Positions 28,710 through 39,118 of a stretch of 64,000 nucleotides of DNA are shown piece by piece. The number at the start of each line of letters is the position of its first letter. Position 1 is the stretch's first letter. The position numbers and the translations under genes are program-made. Source of the stretch: an uncultured Terriglobus sp. Its GTDB lineage: Bacteria > Acidobacteriota > Terriglobia > Terriglobales > Acidobacteriaceae. The DNA lies in assembly GCA_964243585.1 (NCBI GenBank), contig CAXTFT010000001.1:681-64680 (forward strand). The letters are read 5' to 3'. The notes beneath the pieces are model-generated. The model did no database searches. It was not told where the DNA came from and saw nothing but the letters and a program-made list of their open reading frames with translations.

Positions 28710-29606
28710 ATGCCTACCGATCTCTTTACCCCGCAGGACCCTCGTTCGCAGTATCCCGGTCCGCCTTCCAGTGTTGAAACCCAGTCCGCACCCGGTACCC
28801 AGACCAAAATGAGCGAGAAGCCTGATTGCGGGGAACTTTCCTACAGAGGCTCGGGCCGCCTTGCGGGACGAAAAGCGCTGCTGACCGGTGCGGATTCCGG
28901 CATTGGCCGTGCGGCCGCTATCGCGTTCGCGCGCGAAGGTGCCGATATCGCCATCAACTATCTGCCGGACGAACAGGAAGATGCCGAACAAGTCGCCAAG
29001 TACATCCGTGAAGCTGGCCGTAAAGCCGTACTCCTGCCTGGCGACATCTCTCATGAAGGCTTCTGCCAACGTCTGGTACATGATGCAGTCGAGCAGCTTG
29101 GTGCACTTGACATTCTGGTCAACAATGCCAGCAGGATGGGCAAGACCGAAGGCCTCCTTCAGACTTCTACCGAGCGCTTCGACATGCTGATGAAAACAAA
29201 TGTCTACTCGCTCTTCTGGATCACGAAGGCAGCCCTTCCGCACCTGAAGCCTGGCAGTTCCATCATCAACACCACCAGCGTGCAAGGCTACGATCCAACA
29301 CCATCCATCTTCGATTACGCCATGACCAAGGCCGCTATCGCTAACTTCACCAAGGGTCTGAGCAAGCCCTTGATGGAAGAACACGGTGTCCGTATTAACG
29401 GCGTAGCCCCAGGTCCCATTTGGACACCCCTCCAGGAAGCTGACGGTACAAAGGAGAAGCTCAAAAAGCTCGGTGACGAAACCCCCTATAAACGGCCCGG
29501 CCAGCCAGTGGAACTTGCCGCTGTTTACGTCCTGCTGGCCTCGCAGGAAGGGAGCTACATCACCGGCGAAATCTATGGTGTGACTGGTGGATTAGGTATC
29601 GCATAA
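28710..29606 (+). CDS. SDR oxidoreductase (YghA / general stress protein 39-like)
   Basis: AAGGAG RBS; PDCGELSYRGSGRL, TGADSGIG, NNAS, YAMTK, VAPGPIWT, RPGQPVELA. Confidence 0.92.
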   Translation: MPTDLFTPQDPRSQYPGPPSSVETQSAPGTQTKMSEKPDCGELSYRGSGRLAGRKALLTGADSGIGRAAAIAFAREGADIAINYLPDEQEDAEQVAKYIREAGRKAVLLPGDISHEGFCQRLVHDAVEQLGALDILVNNASRMGKTEGLLQTSTERFDMLMKTNVYSLFWITKAALPHLKPGSSIINTTSVQGYDPTPSIFDYAMTKAAIANFTKGLSKPLMEEHGVRINGVAPGPIWTPLQEADGTKEKLKKLGDETPYKRPGQPVELAAVYVLLASQEGSYITGEIYGVTGGLGIA

Positions 29607-29753
29607 GTACAGTCTTTATCTCGGTCACGTTTCGACGATGGCCCTCGTTCTACGGGTCTGCATTACTGCTTGAACTTGGCTGCCTTGCGGTTTAGAAGGC
29701 CGTGTAATCTCTTCACGATTGATTCGGAGGTACGCCTCCGCCCATAATGGTTC

Positions 29754-30836
29754 ATGGCGACCTTCGAATCCTTCGTCCCTGCCTCAGAACTTCTGGTCTC
29801 CGGTTTTTCACGTAAAGTCGTGCTGCCGCGCGAGTGCACTTTTGCCGAAGCCGATTGGCGAGCGCTCGCCCCCTTCTGGTACCCGGTCGCACACTCACAC
29901 GAGGTAACAAACAAGCCTTTCGCCGCACGCCTGCTTGACGAGCGTGTTGTAGTCTATCGTCTCTCCGACGGCTCCGTATCGGCCGCCCGTGACATTTGTT
30001 ATCACCGCGGCGTTCCACTGAGTCTAGGCCACGTAGAAGGCGACGAGATCGTCTGCAAGTACCACGGTCTGCGTTACGATCGCGAAGGCCGCTGTACCTG
30101 CATTCCCGCGCATCCTGGGGGAGCGATCTCACCTCGGCTACGGCTCGATATGTATCAGGCGCAAGAAGCATACGGCTTGGTGTGGGTTCGCCTTGTGGAT
30201 GACGGTTTCAAGGCCTTGCCCGTCATGGACGAGTGGGACTCGCGGGAGTACCTGCAGGTCCGTCTCGACAGCGTAGACATTAACGCCGCCGCCGGTCGCC
30301 AGATGGAGGGCTTTCTGGATGTCAGCCACTTTGCTTTCGTTCACAAGGAAAGCTTCGGCGAACCGGACAATCCGGTTGTACCTGACTACAAGGTAACGAT
30401 GACGGAATCTGGATTTGTAGCGGACTACATCAGCACGGTCAGCAACTACGCGCATGGATTCAAGCACCTGAACCCGCCCGATTTTCAGTGGCACAGACGC
30501 TTCGAGACTTTCCTGCCATTCACCGCAAAACTTACGGTGACCTTTCCTGAAGGAGGCCAGCTGCACATTCTCAATGCAGCGTCGCCTGTATCCGCGCGCA
30601 AGACGCGTCTCTTCGTTCCAATCTGCCGGAATTTCGACAAAGGCTCGCCTGTCGAACACACCCTCGACTTTAACTACCAGGTCTTCTCAGAAGACAAGGA
30701 GATTGTAGAGCGGCAGTTCCCGGAGGACCTTCCATTAGACCTGCAGGAAGAAGCACATTTCGCGGCAGATCGCAGCTCCATTACCTATCGAAAACGGCTG
30801 GCAGCGATAGGACTGGGTCGAACTTATACCGCGTAG
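29754..30836 (+). CDS. Rieske non-heme iron oxygenase (VanA/NdmA-type O/N-demethylase-like)
   Basis: Rieske CYHRG...CKYHG; mononuclear Fe motif EGFLDVSHFAFVH; QVFSED. Confidence 0.9.
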   Translation: MATFESFVPASELLVSGFSRKVVLPRECTFAEADWRALAPFWYPVAHSHEVTNKPFAARLLDERVVVYRLSDGSVSAARDICYHRGVPLSLGHVEGDEIVCKYHGLRYDREGRCTCIPAHPGGAISPRLRLDMYQAQEAYGLVWVRLVDDGFKALPVMDEWDSREYLQVRLDSVDINAAAGRQMEGFLDVSHFAFVHKESFGEPDNPVVPDYKVTMTESGFVADYISTVSNYAHGFKHLNPPDFQWHRRFETFLPFTAKLTVTFPEGGQLHILNAASPVSARKTRLFVPICRNFDKGSPVEHTLDFNYQVFSEDKEIVERQFPEDLPLDLQEEAHFAADRSSITYRKRLAAIGLGRTYTA

Positions 30837-31115
30837 CCTTCACTTATTTGCAAAGCAGAATAGAAGTGATTGCAGCACCCGGATTTACTGGGCACTGCGA
30901 ATTGGGCGCTGGTTGCGTATCCAAATACTGCTTGATGGTTGGTCCTGTTCCACATGCTCCACATAGAAGAGCCCTGTCTCCTATTGCCCTGCGACCAGTC
31001 TATGGTCGGTGGTTCTACAAAGGCCAACGACCACTGTCATTATGCTGGAAGGTCTTGTACATGGGAGCTGCTATTGCGAAACCGAAGTCTTGCGGCATTA
31101 AGGGTAGGGGCCCGA

Positions 31116-33023
31116 GTGCGAAGCAGTAGTGGATCAGTAAGAGCAGAGGACACGGCAACATGGCACGCTCTTCCAAGAGAGTTCCGCGCCCTTGCCGCTC
31201 AAAATGCTCGTTCGATATTGTTAGAGACGGCGGCACAGGACGGACCTGGGGATAAGAGCTTTCTCTTCGTTAAGCCTCTTGAAGAACTGCTTGCATGGGA
31301 CGGACCTGACCTGGAAAAGCTCCTTGCGGACATTGACCGACTCCTGAATAAGGGCCTATTCGTAGCAGGCTTCTTCAGCTACGAGTGTGGCGAACACCTC
31401 GTGGGGCTGCCGCCAAAGGCACCGGTTCCTAGATCTTCGAAAGAGCCAATGGCGCGCCTTGGTGTATTCCGTGCTCCGATTGAATTCAATCACTGCCAGG
31501 GCAGCATAAAAGGCGACCTGCCAGCGGGCGAAGGTCGAGGTTCCATAGAGCTTGATCAAGCGGTCGTTACCACGGACGGACTGACCATAACCCAGGAGAG
31601 TTACAACGCCGCCATTTGTAGGATCCATCAATATTTGGAAGCGGGCGATACCTATCAGGTCAACTTTACGGATGAGGTAAACGCTCATACGGAAGCCGAT
31701 CCGCTGGCTATCTATGAAACGCTGCTGAGGCAGCAGCCTGTCTCATTTGCTGCGTTCGTAAACGATCCCGCTGGCCCGGTGCTTTCGTTTTCTCCAGAAC
31801 TATTCTTCCGCACATCGTCAGGTCTCATCCAGGTCCGCCCTATGAAAGGAACGTGGCCGCGCGGCCGGAATCTTGAGGAGGATGACAATGCGGAGTTCCG
31901 CCTAAGAAACGACGAAAAAAATCGTAGCGAGCATGTAATGATCGTCGATCTGCTCCGCAACGATTTGGGCCACATTTGCAAATACGGATCGGTGGCGGTA
32001 GACAAACTGTTCCACGTGGAACGCTACAAGATGCTCCTGCAAATGACCTCCACGTGTTCGGGAATCATTCGTGAAGATGTCTCTCCGTCGCAGGTCTTTG
32101 CAACCATGTTTCCGTCTGGCTCCATCACGGGAGCGCCGAAGCGGAGAGCCATGGAAATCATTCAGGAATTGGAACAGCGGCCACGCGGTGTGTACACCGG
32201 TGCCATCGGATATTTTGCACCGGAGGGAGAATCGTGCTTCAACGTCGCCATCCGCACCTTGAAGCTACGAGGGAATCAAGTAACGATGGGTGTCGGTGGC
32301 GGGATCGTCGCTGATTCAAATTCGCCGGAAGAATTTGCAGAATGCAACCTGAAGGCAGCCTTTCTGACCAAAAGAAGACCGCCATTCTCGCTGATCGAAA
32401 CCATGCGATGCATGGAGGGCATTCCACTGCTAACGCTGCATTTAGAGAGGCTCTCAAAATCAGCAAGGTACTTCGGTATTCAATACGACGATGCCAAGTT
32501 GCTGACCGAGCTAGAGTCAGCGGCAGCACGCTGTGAAGGAATAGAAAGCCGACTTCGACTGGAACTCGATGAGCAAGGGCAGTGGACAATCACGACAACT
32601 TTGTTAGAGCGCACTAAGTGGCATGGCCGACTAATTCTGGCGAACGAACGCTCAAGCTCGACTGATTTGTTCTTGCGTCATAAAACAACGAACCGAGATA
32701 CCTATGATCGCGCCTTGATAGAAGCTCGGCATAACCATTTCGATGAAGTTCTGTTTCTTAACGAACATGAGCACCTGGCTGAGGGAGCCATCAGTAACCT
32801 CTTCGTCCGAAGGGATAAAACCTGGATCACACCAAGCCTTGAGTGCGGCGTCCTCCCCGGAGTAAAACGAAAGCAGTTGATTAACAGTCTCCTAGCTAAA
32901 GAAGGACTATTACACCTATCTGACTTGGCACATGCTGAGGAGATATTCGTGTGCAATGCTTTACGAGGAGTCCGCCCGGTCTCCTCAATCCAGACTTTCG
33001 ATGGAAGCACAATCTGGCCCTGA
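31116..33023 (+). CDS. pabB: Aminodeoxychorismate synthase component I fused to ADC lyase (aminotransferase class IV)
   Basis: GDTYQVN, SFSPELFF, RPMKGT, EHVMIVDLLRND, FPSGSITGAPK, RGVYTG; C-terminal HLERL, HKTT, EGAISN, GVLPGV, NALRG. Start uncertain. Confidence 0.88.
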   Translation: MRSSSGSVRAEDTATWHALPREFRALAAQNARSILLETAAQDGPGDKSFLFVKPLEELLAWDGPDLEKLLADIDRLLNKGLFVAGFFSYECGEHLVGLPPKAPVPRSSKEPMARLGVFRAPIEFNHCQGSIKGDLPAGEGRGSIELDQAVVTTDGLTITQESYNAAICRIHQYLEAGDTYQVNFTDEVNAHTEADPLAIYETLLRQQPVSFAAFVNDPAGPVLSFSPELFFRTSSGLIQVRPMKGTWPRGRNLEEDDNAEFRLRNDEKNRSEHVMIVDLLRNDLGHICKYGSVAVDKLFHVERYKMLLQMTSTCSGIIREDVSPSQVFATMFPSGSITGAPKRRAMEIIQELEQRPRGVYTGAIGYFAPEGESCFNVAIRTLKLRGNQVTMGVGGGIVADSNSPEEFAECNLKAAFLTKRRPPFSLIETMRCMEGIPLLTLHLERLSKSARYFGIQYDDAKLLTELESAAARCEGIESRLRLELDEQGQWTITTTLLERTKWHGRLILANERSSSTDLFLRHKTTNRDTYDRALIEARHNHFDEVLFLNEHEHLAEGAISNLFVRRDKTWITPSLECGVLPGVKRKQLINSLLAKEGLLHLSDLAHAEEIFVCNALRGVRPVSSIQTFDGSTIWP

Positions 33024-33227
33024 GACAAAGACCGATGCGCGACTCTGCGAAGTAGCTGGCCGTTCACGCGTAGGCAATTAGGCCTCTCCGTCATGTTGCT
33101 ATAGGGCCAAACAGTTTTCGCACATTTTGGATGGGCTGTTATGCCCTCACGCGGCTCCGGTGTGGGGTTCTCTCAACTCCGCCAAAAGTAACACGTAAAC
33201 GCAGCGGATTGGTGATACCGCACACGC

Positions 33228-36200
33228 TCACCGGGGCGGCTCGATGCTGTCAGGCTGCCCGGTGTGCCGCAGCATGTCGTAGAGTGGTTGCACGGGCGTG
33301 GCAGTTGGATTCTCGTTGGCTACGGAAATGGCGAAGACTCGAATCTTATCGTTATTCGGCAAGGTCAAGGTCTTTGCATTTGCGGGCAGGTCCATCGCAT
33401 AAGCAAAAATGTAGGCATACTGGTAAGGCGCGTTCAGGCCGTCTGCCGTGTGATGGTGTGAGGCATACCAGGCGAGCTGTGCGGGCTTGATGAAGCCCTC
33501 GCGTAAACCGGTGTAGTCATCCGGGTAGCTAGGAGAGTGCGGAGAGGCTTCACGCGCCTTCATGTCGCCCGGCCATTCCTGGTGGTGCGCGGAGCTGGCC
33601 CAGTTGCGTGTGTCACCGGTCTTCCAGAGCCGCGTATCCCACTGGCCTATGAAGCCGCCCCAATCCTGCACCTTGACGACCTGGGCGGTGCTGCCTGCGC
33701 GAAATTGCGCCACCTGATCGCCGGAGGAGGAAGCTGCGAGAACATACACACGGTTGAACTTGCCTCCAGGCAGAAGAATGTTTTGTCCTTTGGCCACAAC
33801 GGCGTTAGGAGTGCCAGTTGTCGCGGGCGGGAGCTTGAAGTCGACGCCATCAAAGGACAGTTGCGAAGGCAACATCTCCGCCGGGTAAGTGTCACCCTTG
33901 CCGTTCATGCCGCCCCCGGCAGTCTTGGTGTCATCATTGCTGGCCGCAGCCAGATCGTATGGCAGCGCTACACTTTGCGAGCGGACAGGCTGTACCGTGC
34001 CACCGGAGATCCCCAGTTTCAGTGCAAATGTCTTTGGCTGGTATCCGGTGAAGGACGTGACAAGAGCGCCATCTGAGATCTGAGCGTTGCTGACGGGCTG
34101 CTCCTGGCCATTGATCTCTCGCGCGGCGGTAACTGCAACCGGAAACTGCACACGAACTTCCGGTGCTGACTTGCCGTCCAGCTCAACCATGCGGATTACC
34201 GTTTCGTCGCTGCCCTCTGCCTTCTTCAGCCCAAGAATGCGCACGCGGGGATTGCTGACGCGCACCAGTGAGAAGCTTTTGCCGAGTGTACCCGGGTGCT
34301 TCTCAGTGGAGAAGGCACGCAGGGGATTATTTAGGCGGTAACCTTGCCAGTCAGTCTGCGATTCGCGCCAGCCACCCGTGTGGCCGGCGATGCCAAAGGA
34401 AAACTCATGGTGACCCCAATCCTGGTTAGCCTGGTCGGAGTAGCCGGCCGGACGTCCGTTGGCCTGGGGCTGCAGGCCGGGCGTGCGCAGCAGTGTAAGC
34501 CGGATCGTGTTGTCGTTCGGCTTGTCAGAACCGTTTTTGGCCTCCGTCAGGACTGTTGCGCCGAAGCTGCCGCTCCTGTCGGTAAGGTCGATCCAGCGAT
34601 GAGAGAAGGTTTCGAACTGCCGGTCGAAGGCGTTGGGCCGCTCGATCGTGCCTACCTCTTCATTGTATGTAGCGTTGGGATTGGAAGCAGTTAGTGGAAA
34701 GGCGGCCTTCAGGTTCACCGACTTCGAACGCCAGTCAATAGCGTTTGCAAATTCGACGCGATCGCCCGCCGAGCCTGCGGAAAGGCTGACTGTCTGCAGG
34801 AATTTCGATCCCATCGCCTCGCGTGAGATCTCGAGTGAGACACGTACCGGGCCACTTTCCTTGATGCGGATCTTTGCCGGTCCAGCGACATAAGCCACGG
34901 GCGCAGCCTGCTCCTGATCAAAATCCATGTTCCAGGCTGGCCACTGCTTCGGGTTGTCGTTCGAGAGCTCCAGACGGATCGGCGAGGCGAGCAGCTCTTT
35001 ATTCAAGTTCTTGTCGAAGACGCTCGAAACATCGCCGCCGGCGTCTACCTGGACGCGGTAGCGCGCGTTTTCGAGCGAGTTCTCCGTCACCTTCAGAGTC
35101 GTCGTGCCGGCTTTCGCCGCCGGAGACGGAACGACGCTGTAGGTCGCAAAGCCGACGGCAGGCACCTTTGCCGCGAAGAGCACCTTGCCGTCTGTCATCT
35201 GGGCGGGCAGTTGTTGCCCGTCTGACCCCTGAACCATAACAGCCTTCGGGGCGGGGCCGCTGAAGGGCACATTAGCCTCAACGAGGTCCTCGCGGTCTAT
35301 GTTCAGGCTGTTGAAGACGACCAGCGGAGTCCCACTGCCTTCAGTGTTCATGGCACTGGCGACAGCTTCAGTCGCGCTGGTGAGGATGCCCGCGAACTGG
35401 TTGGAAACAATGGTGTCATCATTCCAGGCAAACTCATAAGCTCGTGGCGTGGCGGTCCCGGCAGCCGTATCGTGGAAGTGGCCACCGAGCGCCAACACCC
35501 ACGCGTCGTTCAGGCGCTGCTGCGGATAAGCCCGGCCGCCCATCAGGGCCGCGGCGACGGAGGCTTCCTCGGCAGCCTCGGCCAGGACTTCGTTCTTTAT
35601 GACGGCGCGCTTGTGAAAGGCCTGCGAGGTGAGAGATCCGGCAGAGTGGTTGATCAGTTCAAGGTCACCCTTGTAGGTGGGCATCCTGTCCGTGTCCGCA
35701 GGCTTGATGTCGTTAAACATCTGGTCGGCCTCGGTCTCGATGACGTGAACGGGACCTTCACCCACGCGCACGGGCGCACCTGTCGGGGCAGACGGCTTCA
35801 GGAAGTTAGGGCGTGGCGGAGAGGGCAGCACCGTCTCACTTTTCGTCGCGATGGCCTCCAGGATTTTAACAGTGGATTCCTGCGTTGCGCCGCCGATGTC
35901 GCCCGTACCTACGTAATGGTAGTCGGCAAAGACGCCGGTCACTTTACCATCAAGGTCAATACGTTTAACCCAGTCCTGTTCACCGCCCCCGCGATTGCGA
36001 AAGCGCTCCAGGATTGCCTTCTGTTGCTGGGTAAGGCCCGCCATTTCTTCCGGGGAAATGACGAGTGGGACAGGCGGCTGCTTCTCTTTGCTGATGTCGG
36101 TATAAACGTTGCCGCCGTAAACGCCGGGATTGAGCGCCGCGACAACCTTGCTTCCGTCCGGACCAATCCACACCCCAACGTTGAAGGGAATGCCCTCGGG

Positions 36201-36842
36201 TGTCTGCTCCGGCGAGCCCGGGCCGCCGACTTTCGGAGCAGGTTGCCAGTTGGAATCGAGCTTCTGGGTAGAGAAGCCCTTCACGCCAGCATGGTGCAGG
36301 ATTGCGGGAATCGATGCAGGAAAGCCAAAGCAGTCCGGAACCATGTACTCATTGCTTGCCTTACCGAACTCGTTGCGGAAGAACGTATTCCCATAAAGCA
36401 CCTGCCGGATAAGCGCTTCCGCACTGGGGAGGTTCAAATCGCCCTCTTCTACGGACGACCCGGCAGGAAACCAGCGCCCTGCGGCAATGTACCGGCCCAT
36501 GCGAGCGTAGTCGTCAGGGTAGTACTCCTTCATCAAGCGGTAGCGATTCGAGCCGGTCCAATTGAAAACGTAGTGCGGGTACTTGTCGATGTAGTCGAAA
36601 TTGACCCGCATGGTCTTCAGCAGGTACTCGCTTATGGTTTGGGGCATCTCCCAACGCCACTGCGTATCGAGGTGGGCGTAGGGAACCACGTAAAGCGTCG
36701 AGGTTTTTGTAATGTCCGGTGCTTTATTGATCGGCCCTTGTTGCGATCCGGCACTTAGCGTACCCATTAGTGACAGTGCTACTGCTAGACAGGGCTGCAT
36801 GCTTCGTGAGGTGAACCGGCTGCATACAAAAGTCTTCAGCAT
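33228..36842 (-). CDS. Secreted alpha-mannosidase, GH38
   Basis: AHLDTQWRW Zn ligands, VPDCFG nucleophile, YVGTGDIGG, HFHD; signal peptide; 1204 aa. Confidence 0.92.
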   Translation of the reverse strand: MLKTFVCSRFTSRSMQPCLAVALSLMGTLSAGSQQGPINKAPDITKTSTLYVVPYAHLDTQWRWEMPQTISEYLLKTMRVNFDYIDKYPHYVFNWTGSNRYRLMKEYYPDDYARMGRYIAAGRWFPAGSSVEEGDLNLPSAEALIRQVLYGNTFFRNEFGKASNEYMVPDCFGFPASIPAILHHAGVKGFSTQKLDSNWQPAPKVGGPGSPEQTPEGIPFNVGVWIGPDGSKVVAALNPGVYGGNVYTDISKEKQPPVPLVISPEEMAGLTQQQKAILERFRNRGGGEQDWVKRIDLDGKVTGVFADYHYVGTGDIGGATQESTVKILEAIATKSETVLPSPPRPNFLKPSAPTGAPVRVGEGPVHVIETEADQMFNDIKPADTDRMPTYKGDLELINHSAGSLTSQAFHKRAVIKNEVLAEAAEEASVAAALMGGRAYPQQRLNDAWVLALGGHFHDTAAGTATPRAYEFAWNDDTIVSNQFAGILTSATEAVASAMNTEGSGTPLVVFNSLNIDREDLVEANVPFSGPAPKAVMVQGSDGQQLPAQMTDGKVLFAAKVPAVGFATYSVVPSPAAKAGTTTLKVTENSLENARYRVQVDAGGDVSSVFDKNLNKELLASPIRLELSNDNPKQWPAWNMDFDQEQAAPVAYVAGPAKIRIKESGPVRVSLEISREAMGSKFLQTVSLSAGSAGDRVEFANAIDWRSKSVNLKAAFPLTASNPNATYNEEVGTIERPNAFDRQFETFSHRWIDLTDRSGSFGATVLTEAKNGSDKPNDNTIRLTLLRTPGLQPQANGRPAGYSDQANQDWGHHEFSFGIAGHTGGWRESQTDWQGYRLNNPLRAFSTEKHPGTLGKSFSLVRVSNPRVRILGLKKAEGSDETVIRMVELDGKSAPEVRVQFPVAVTAAREINGQEQPVSNAQISDGALVTSFTGYQPKTFALKLGISGGTVQPVRSQSVALPYDLAAASNDDTKTAGGGMNGKGDTYPAEMLPSQLSFDGVDFKLPPATTGTPNAVVAKGQNILLPGGKFNRVYVLAASSSGDQVAQFRAGSTAQVVKVQDWGGFIGQWDTRLWKTGDTRNWASSAHHQEWPGDMKAREASPHSPSYPDDYTGLREGFIKPAQLAWYASHHHTADGLNAPYQYAYIFAYAMDLPANAKTLTLPNNDKIRVFAISVANENPTATPVQPLYDMLRHTGQPDSIEPPR

Positions 36843-36926
36843 GAGATCTCCGCAAACTGTAATCGGGTACTGAGCCAGTGTTTACCGCTGGCTTAAACTC
36901 TTTGAGCAGCCCAACACCTAGCGATT

Positions 36927-37226
36927 ATGAACCTTCAGCCCTGGAAGTCGCCATCAACGAAACGTCATTTGGCGCCGGAGATCGTCCCCCAGGTGATGAT
37001 AGTGCGGGGCATCTTTCACTCCATGCAGGCCGATCACCTGTTCCGGACCGTAGCCTCAGGCGAGACAGAGATGAAGGACCACTTTCGCATCGCGGCTCCA
37101 CTGCCGGTGCTTGGATTTGTTGCTGAGGTTATGTTCCTGCGCCGCTACATGCTCGCCCTGCTTCTTGAACGGAATGCCGTGATCAAGCGGGTTGCCGAGT
37201 CTTCGGAGTGGCAGCAGTATCTCTAG
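36927..37226 (+). pseudogene. 5'-truncated SRPBCC (polyketide cyclase-like) protein
   Basis: Only the C-terminal half is recognisable: VRGIFHSMQADHLF..EMKDHFRIAAPLPVLG..RYMLALLLERNAVIKRVAES; there is no room for an N-terminal half before the divergent GH38 start. Confidence 0.6.
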
Positions 37227-37246
37227 CAAGGCGAACAAGAGGACTC

Positions 37247-38200
37247 ATGAAGATTGTGATTGCAGGCGGCAGCGGACAGGTTGGTACGGTGTTGGCTAGA
37301 CATTTCCATCAAATGGGCGACCATGTCACGGTGCTTAGCCGCTCTTCAGGGAGCACGCCCTGGCTTACGCAGCAGTGGGATGGCAAGACCCTTGGCTCGT
37401 GGCTCGGTGCGTTGGATGGCAGCGACGCGTTGATCAATCTTGCCGGTAGAAGCGTCAACTGCCGCTATCACAAGCAGAACCGCAAGGCCATACTCGATTC
37501 ACGTGTCCAGTCAACAGAAGTCCTCCACGAAGGAATGCAGAAACTTCAACGGCGACCTGCTGTCTGGCTGAACGCGAGCACCGCCACCATCTACCGCCAT
37601 GCACTCGACCGTCCCATGGACGAGGCCACTGGAGAACTGGGTGGAGGTGAACCAGGAGTCCCGGACACCTGGAACTTTTCCATCAAGGTGGCGAAAGCCT
37701 GGGATGAAGCGTTCTTCTCGACAGCAACGCCGGGAACGAGACAGGTCGCACTGCGAAGTGCAATGACTTTCAGTCCTGACCGCGATGGTGTCTTCGACGT
37801 CTTCCTGAAGCTGGTGCGTCATGGTCTGGGTGGAACCAACCTGCCCGGAACACAGTTTGTTTCCTGGATTCACGAGCTCGATTTTATTCGGGCCGTTAAG
37901 TTCTTGATTGCTACACCGTCCCTTTCAGGTCCTATCAATCTAGCGTCGCCCAATCCCCTGCCGAACCGGGAGTTTCTGCGCGTTCTTCGCAATGCGTGGG
38001 GCACTCGTTTCGGTCTGCCGACGACGCGATGGATGCTGGAGACCGGTACATTTTTGCTTCGGACCGAATCGGAACTGGTGCTGAAGAGCCGGCGAGTTGT
38101 GCCGGGCCGGCTGCTCAATGCAGGTTTTACGTTCAGCTATCCAGCGTGGGAGCAGGCCGCTGAAGATCTTGTAGCCCGCTGGCGAAAGGGTGCCATATGA
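37247..38200 (+). CDS. TIGR01777 family NAD-dependent epimerase-like oxidoreductase (YfcH / DUF1731)
   Basis: MKIVIAGGSGQVG, INLAGRSV, SRVQST, NASTATIY, SWIHELD, SRRVVPGRLLNAGFTF. Confidence 0.9.
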   Translation: MKIVIAGGSGQVGTVLARHFHQMGDHVTVLSRSSGSTPWLTQQWDGKTLGSWLGALDGSDALINLAGRSVNCRYHKQNRKAILDSRVQSTEVLHEGMQKLQRRPAVWLNASTATIYRHALDRPMDEATGELGGGEPGVPDTWNFSIKVAKAWDEAFFSTATPGTRQVALRSAMTFSPDRDGVFDVFLKLVRHGLGGTNLPGTQFVSWIHELDFIRAVKFLIATPSLSGPINLASPNPLPNREFLRVLRNAWGTRFGLPTTRWMLETGTFLLRTESELVLKSRRVVPGRLLNAGFTFSYPAWEQAAEDLVARWRKGAI

Positions 38201-39090
38201 CCATAACCTCTGGCCTGTACGTAGAGATCGAAATGGCGGCTGACATGGATCTTGTCTGGCGCCTCACCCAGGAGCCGGGCTTTCATCAGCGATGGGACCT
38301 GCGGTTCACGCGGATCGAATACCAGCCAAAGTCCAGCGAGGATGACCCACAGCGCTTTCTCTACGAGACACGGATTGGCTTTGGACTGGCGATTTGTGGC
38401 ACCGGAGAGAGTGTTGCGACTCGGTTGAGTTCAGATGGCTCAGCCACGTCATCTCTAAGGTTTGCTTCACAAGACCGGCTGTCAATCATCTCAGAGGGCG
38501 CTGGTTACTGGAGGTACATTCCGACCTCTGAAGGTCTGCGTTTTCTGACATGGTACGACTACCGTACGCGGCACGGTTTGGTAGGCCGGATTGCGGACGC
38601 CGTGTTCCGACCGCTCATGGGCTGGGCGACAGCGTGGAGTTTCGACCGGCTTCGGATTTGGGCGGAGGAAGGAATCACGCCTGAAACGTCACTGCGGATG
38701 TCTGCGATCCACGCCCTCTGCCGGGTAAGCCTCGCGGGAGTGTGGATCTGGCATGGATTGGTACCGAAGCTGCTATTTCACGATGCCGACGAGCAGGTCA
38801 TGCTGGTGCAGGCAGGTGTCGCAGTTCGGTGGCTACCCTGGATCGGTGGTGCGGAGATTGTGTTTGGACTGCTGGTGCTGGGATTGTGGCGTTGGCGTGG
38901 CATGTTTCTGCTGCAGATAGTGGTAATGCTTGCGGCGCTGGGTGCCGTCGCAATGCAGTCACCGGTGTATCTTTCGCATGCCTTCAATCCTGTCACCCTG
39001 AACCTGCTGGTGGTCAGTATTGCCACCGTCGGCTGGATGGCTTCAGCTATTTGCCTAGCGCCAGCAGGTGCTTGCGCACGGCACCCCTGA
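38197..39090 (+). CDS. SRPBCC-like + DoxX-like membrane protein (B. subtilis YndG-like); C-terminus probably frameshifted
   Basis: LYVEIEM..W..TQEP..HQRWDLRF, GAGYWRYIPT, FLTWYDY, WATAWSFDRLR, WIWHGLVPK, AFNPVTLN. Confidence 0.78.
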   Translation: MTITSGLYVEIEMAADMDLVWRLTQEPGFHQRWDLRFTRIEYQPKSSEDDPQRFLYETRIGFGLAICGTGESVATRLSSDGSATSSLRFASQDRLSIISEGAGYWRYIPTSEGLRFLTWYDYRTRHGLVGRIADAVFRPLMGWATAWSFDRLRIWAEEGITPETSLRMSAIHALCRVSLAGVWIWHGLVPKLLFHDADEQVMLVQAGVAVRWLPWIGGAEIVFGLLVLGLWRWRGMFLLQIVVMLAALGAVAMQSPVYLSHAFNPVTLNLLVVSIATVGWMASAICLAPAGACARHP

Positions 39091-39118
39091 AGGCCTCAGA
39101 TGGAAAGCAGGAACCGGC

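Noticed and set aside
35472-36758. 428-aa + strand ORF
   Set aside because: Antisense shadow of the GH38 gene
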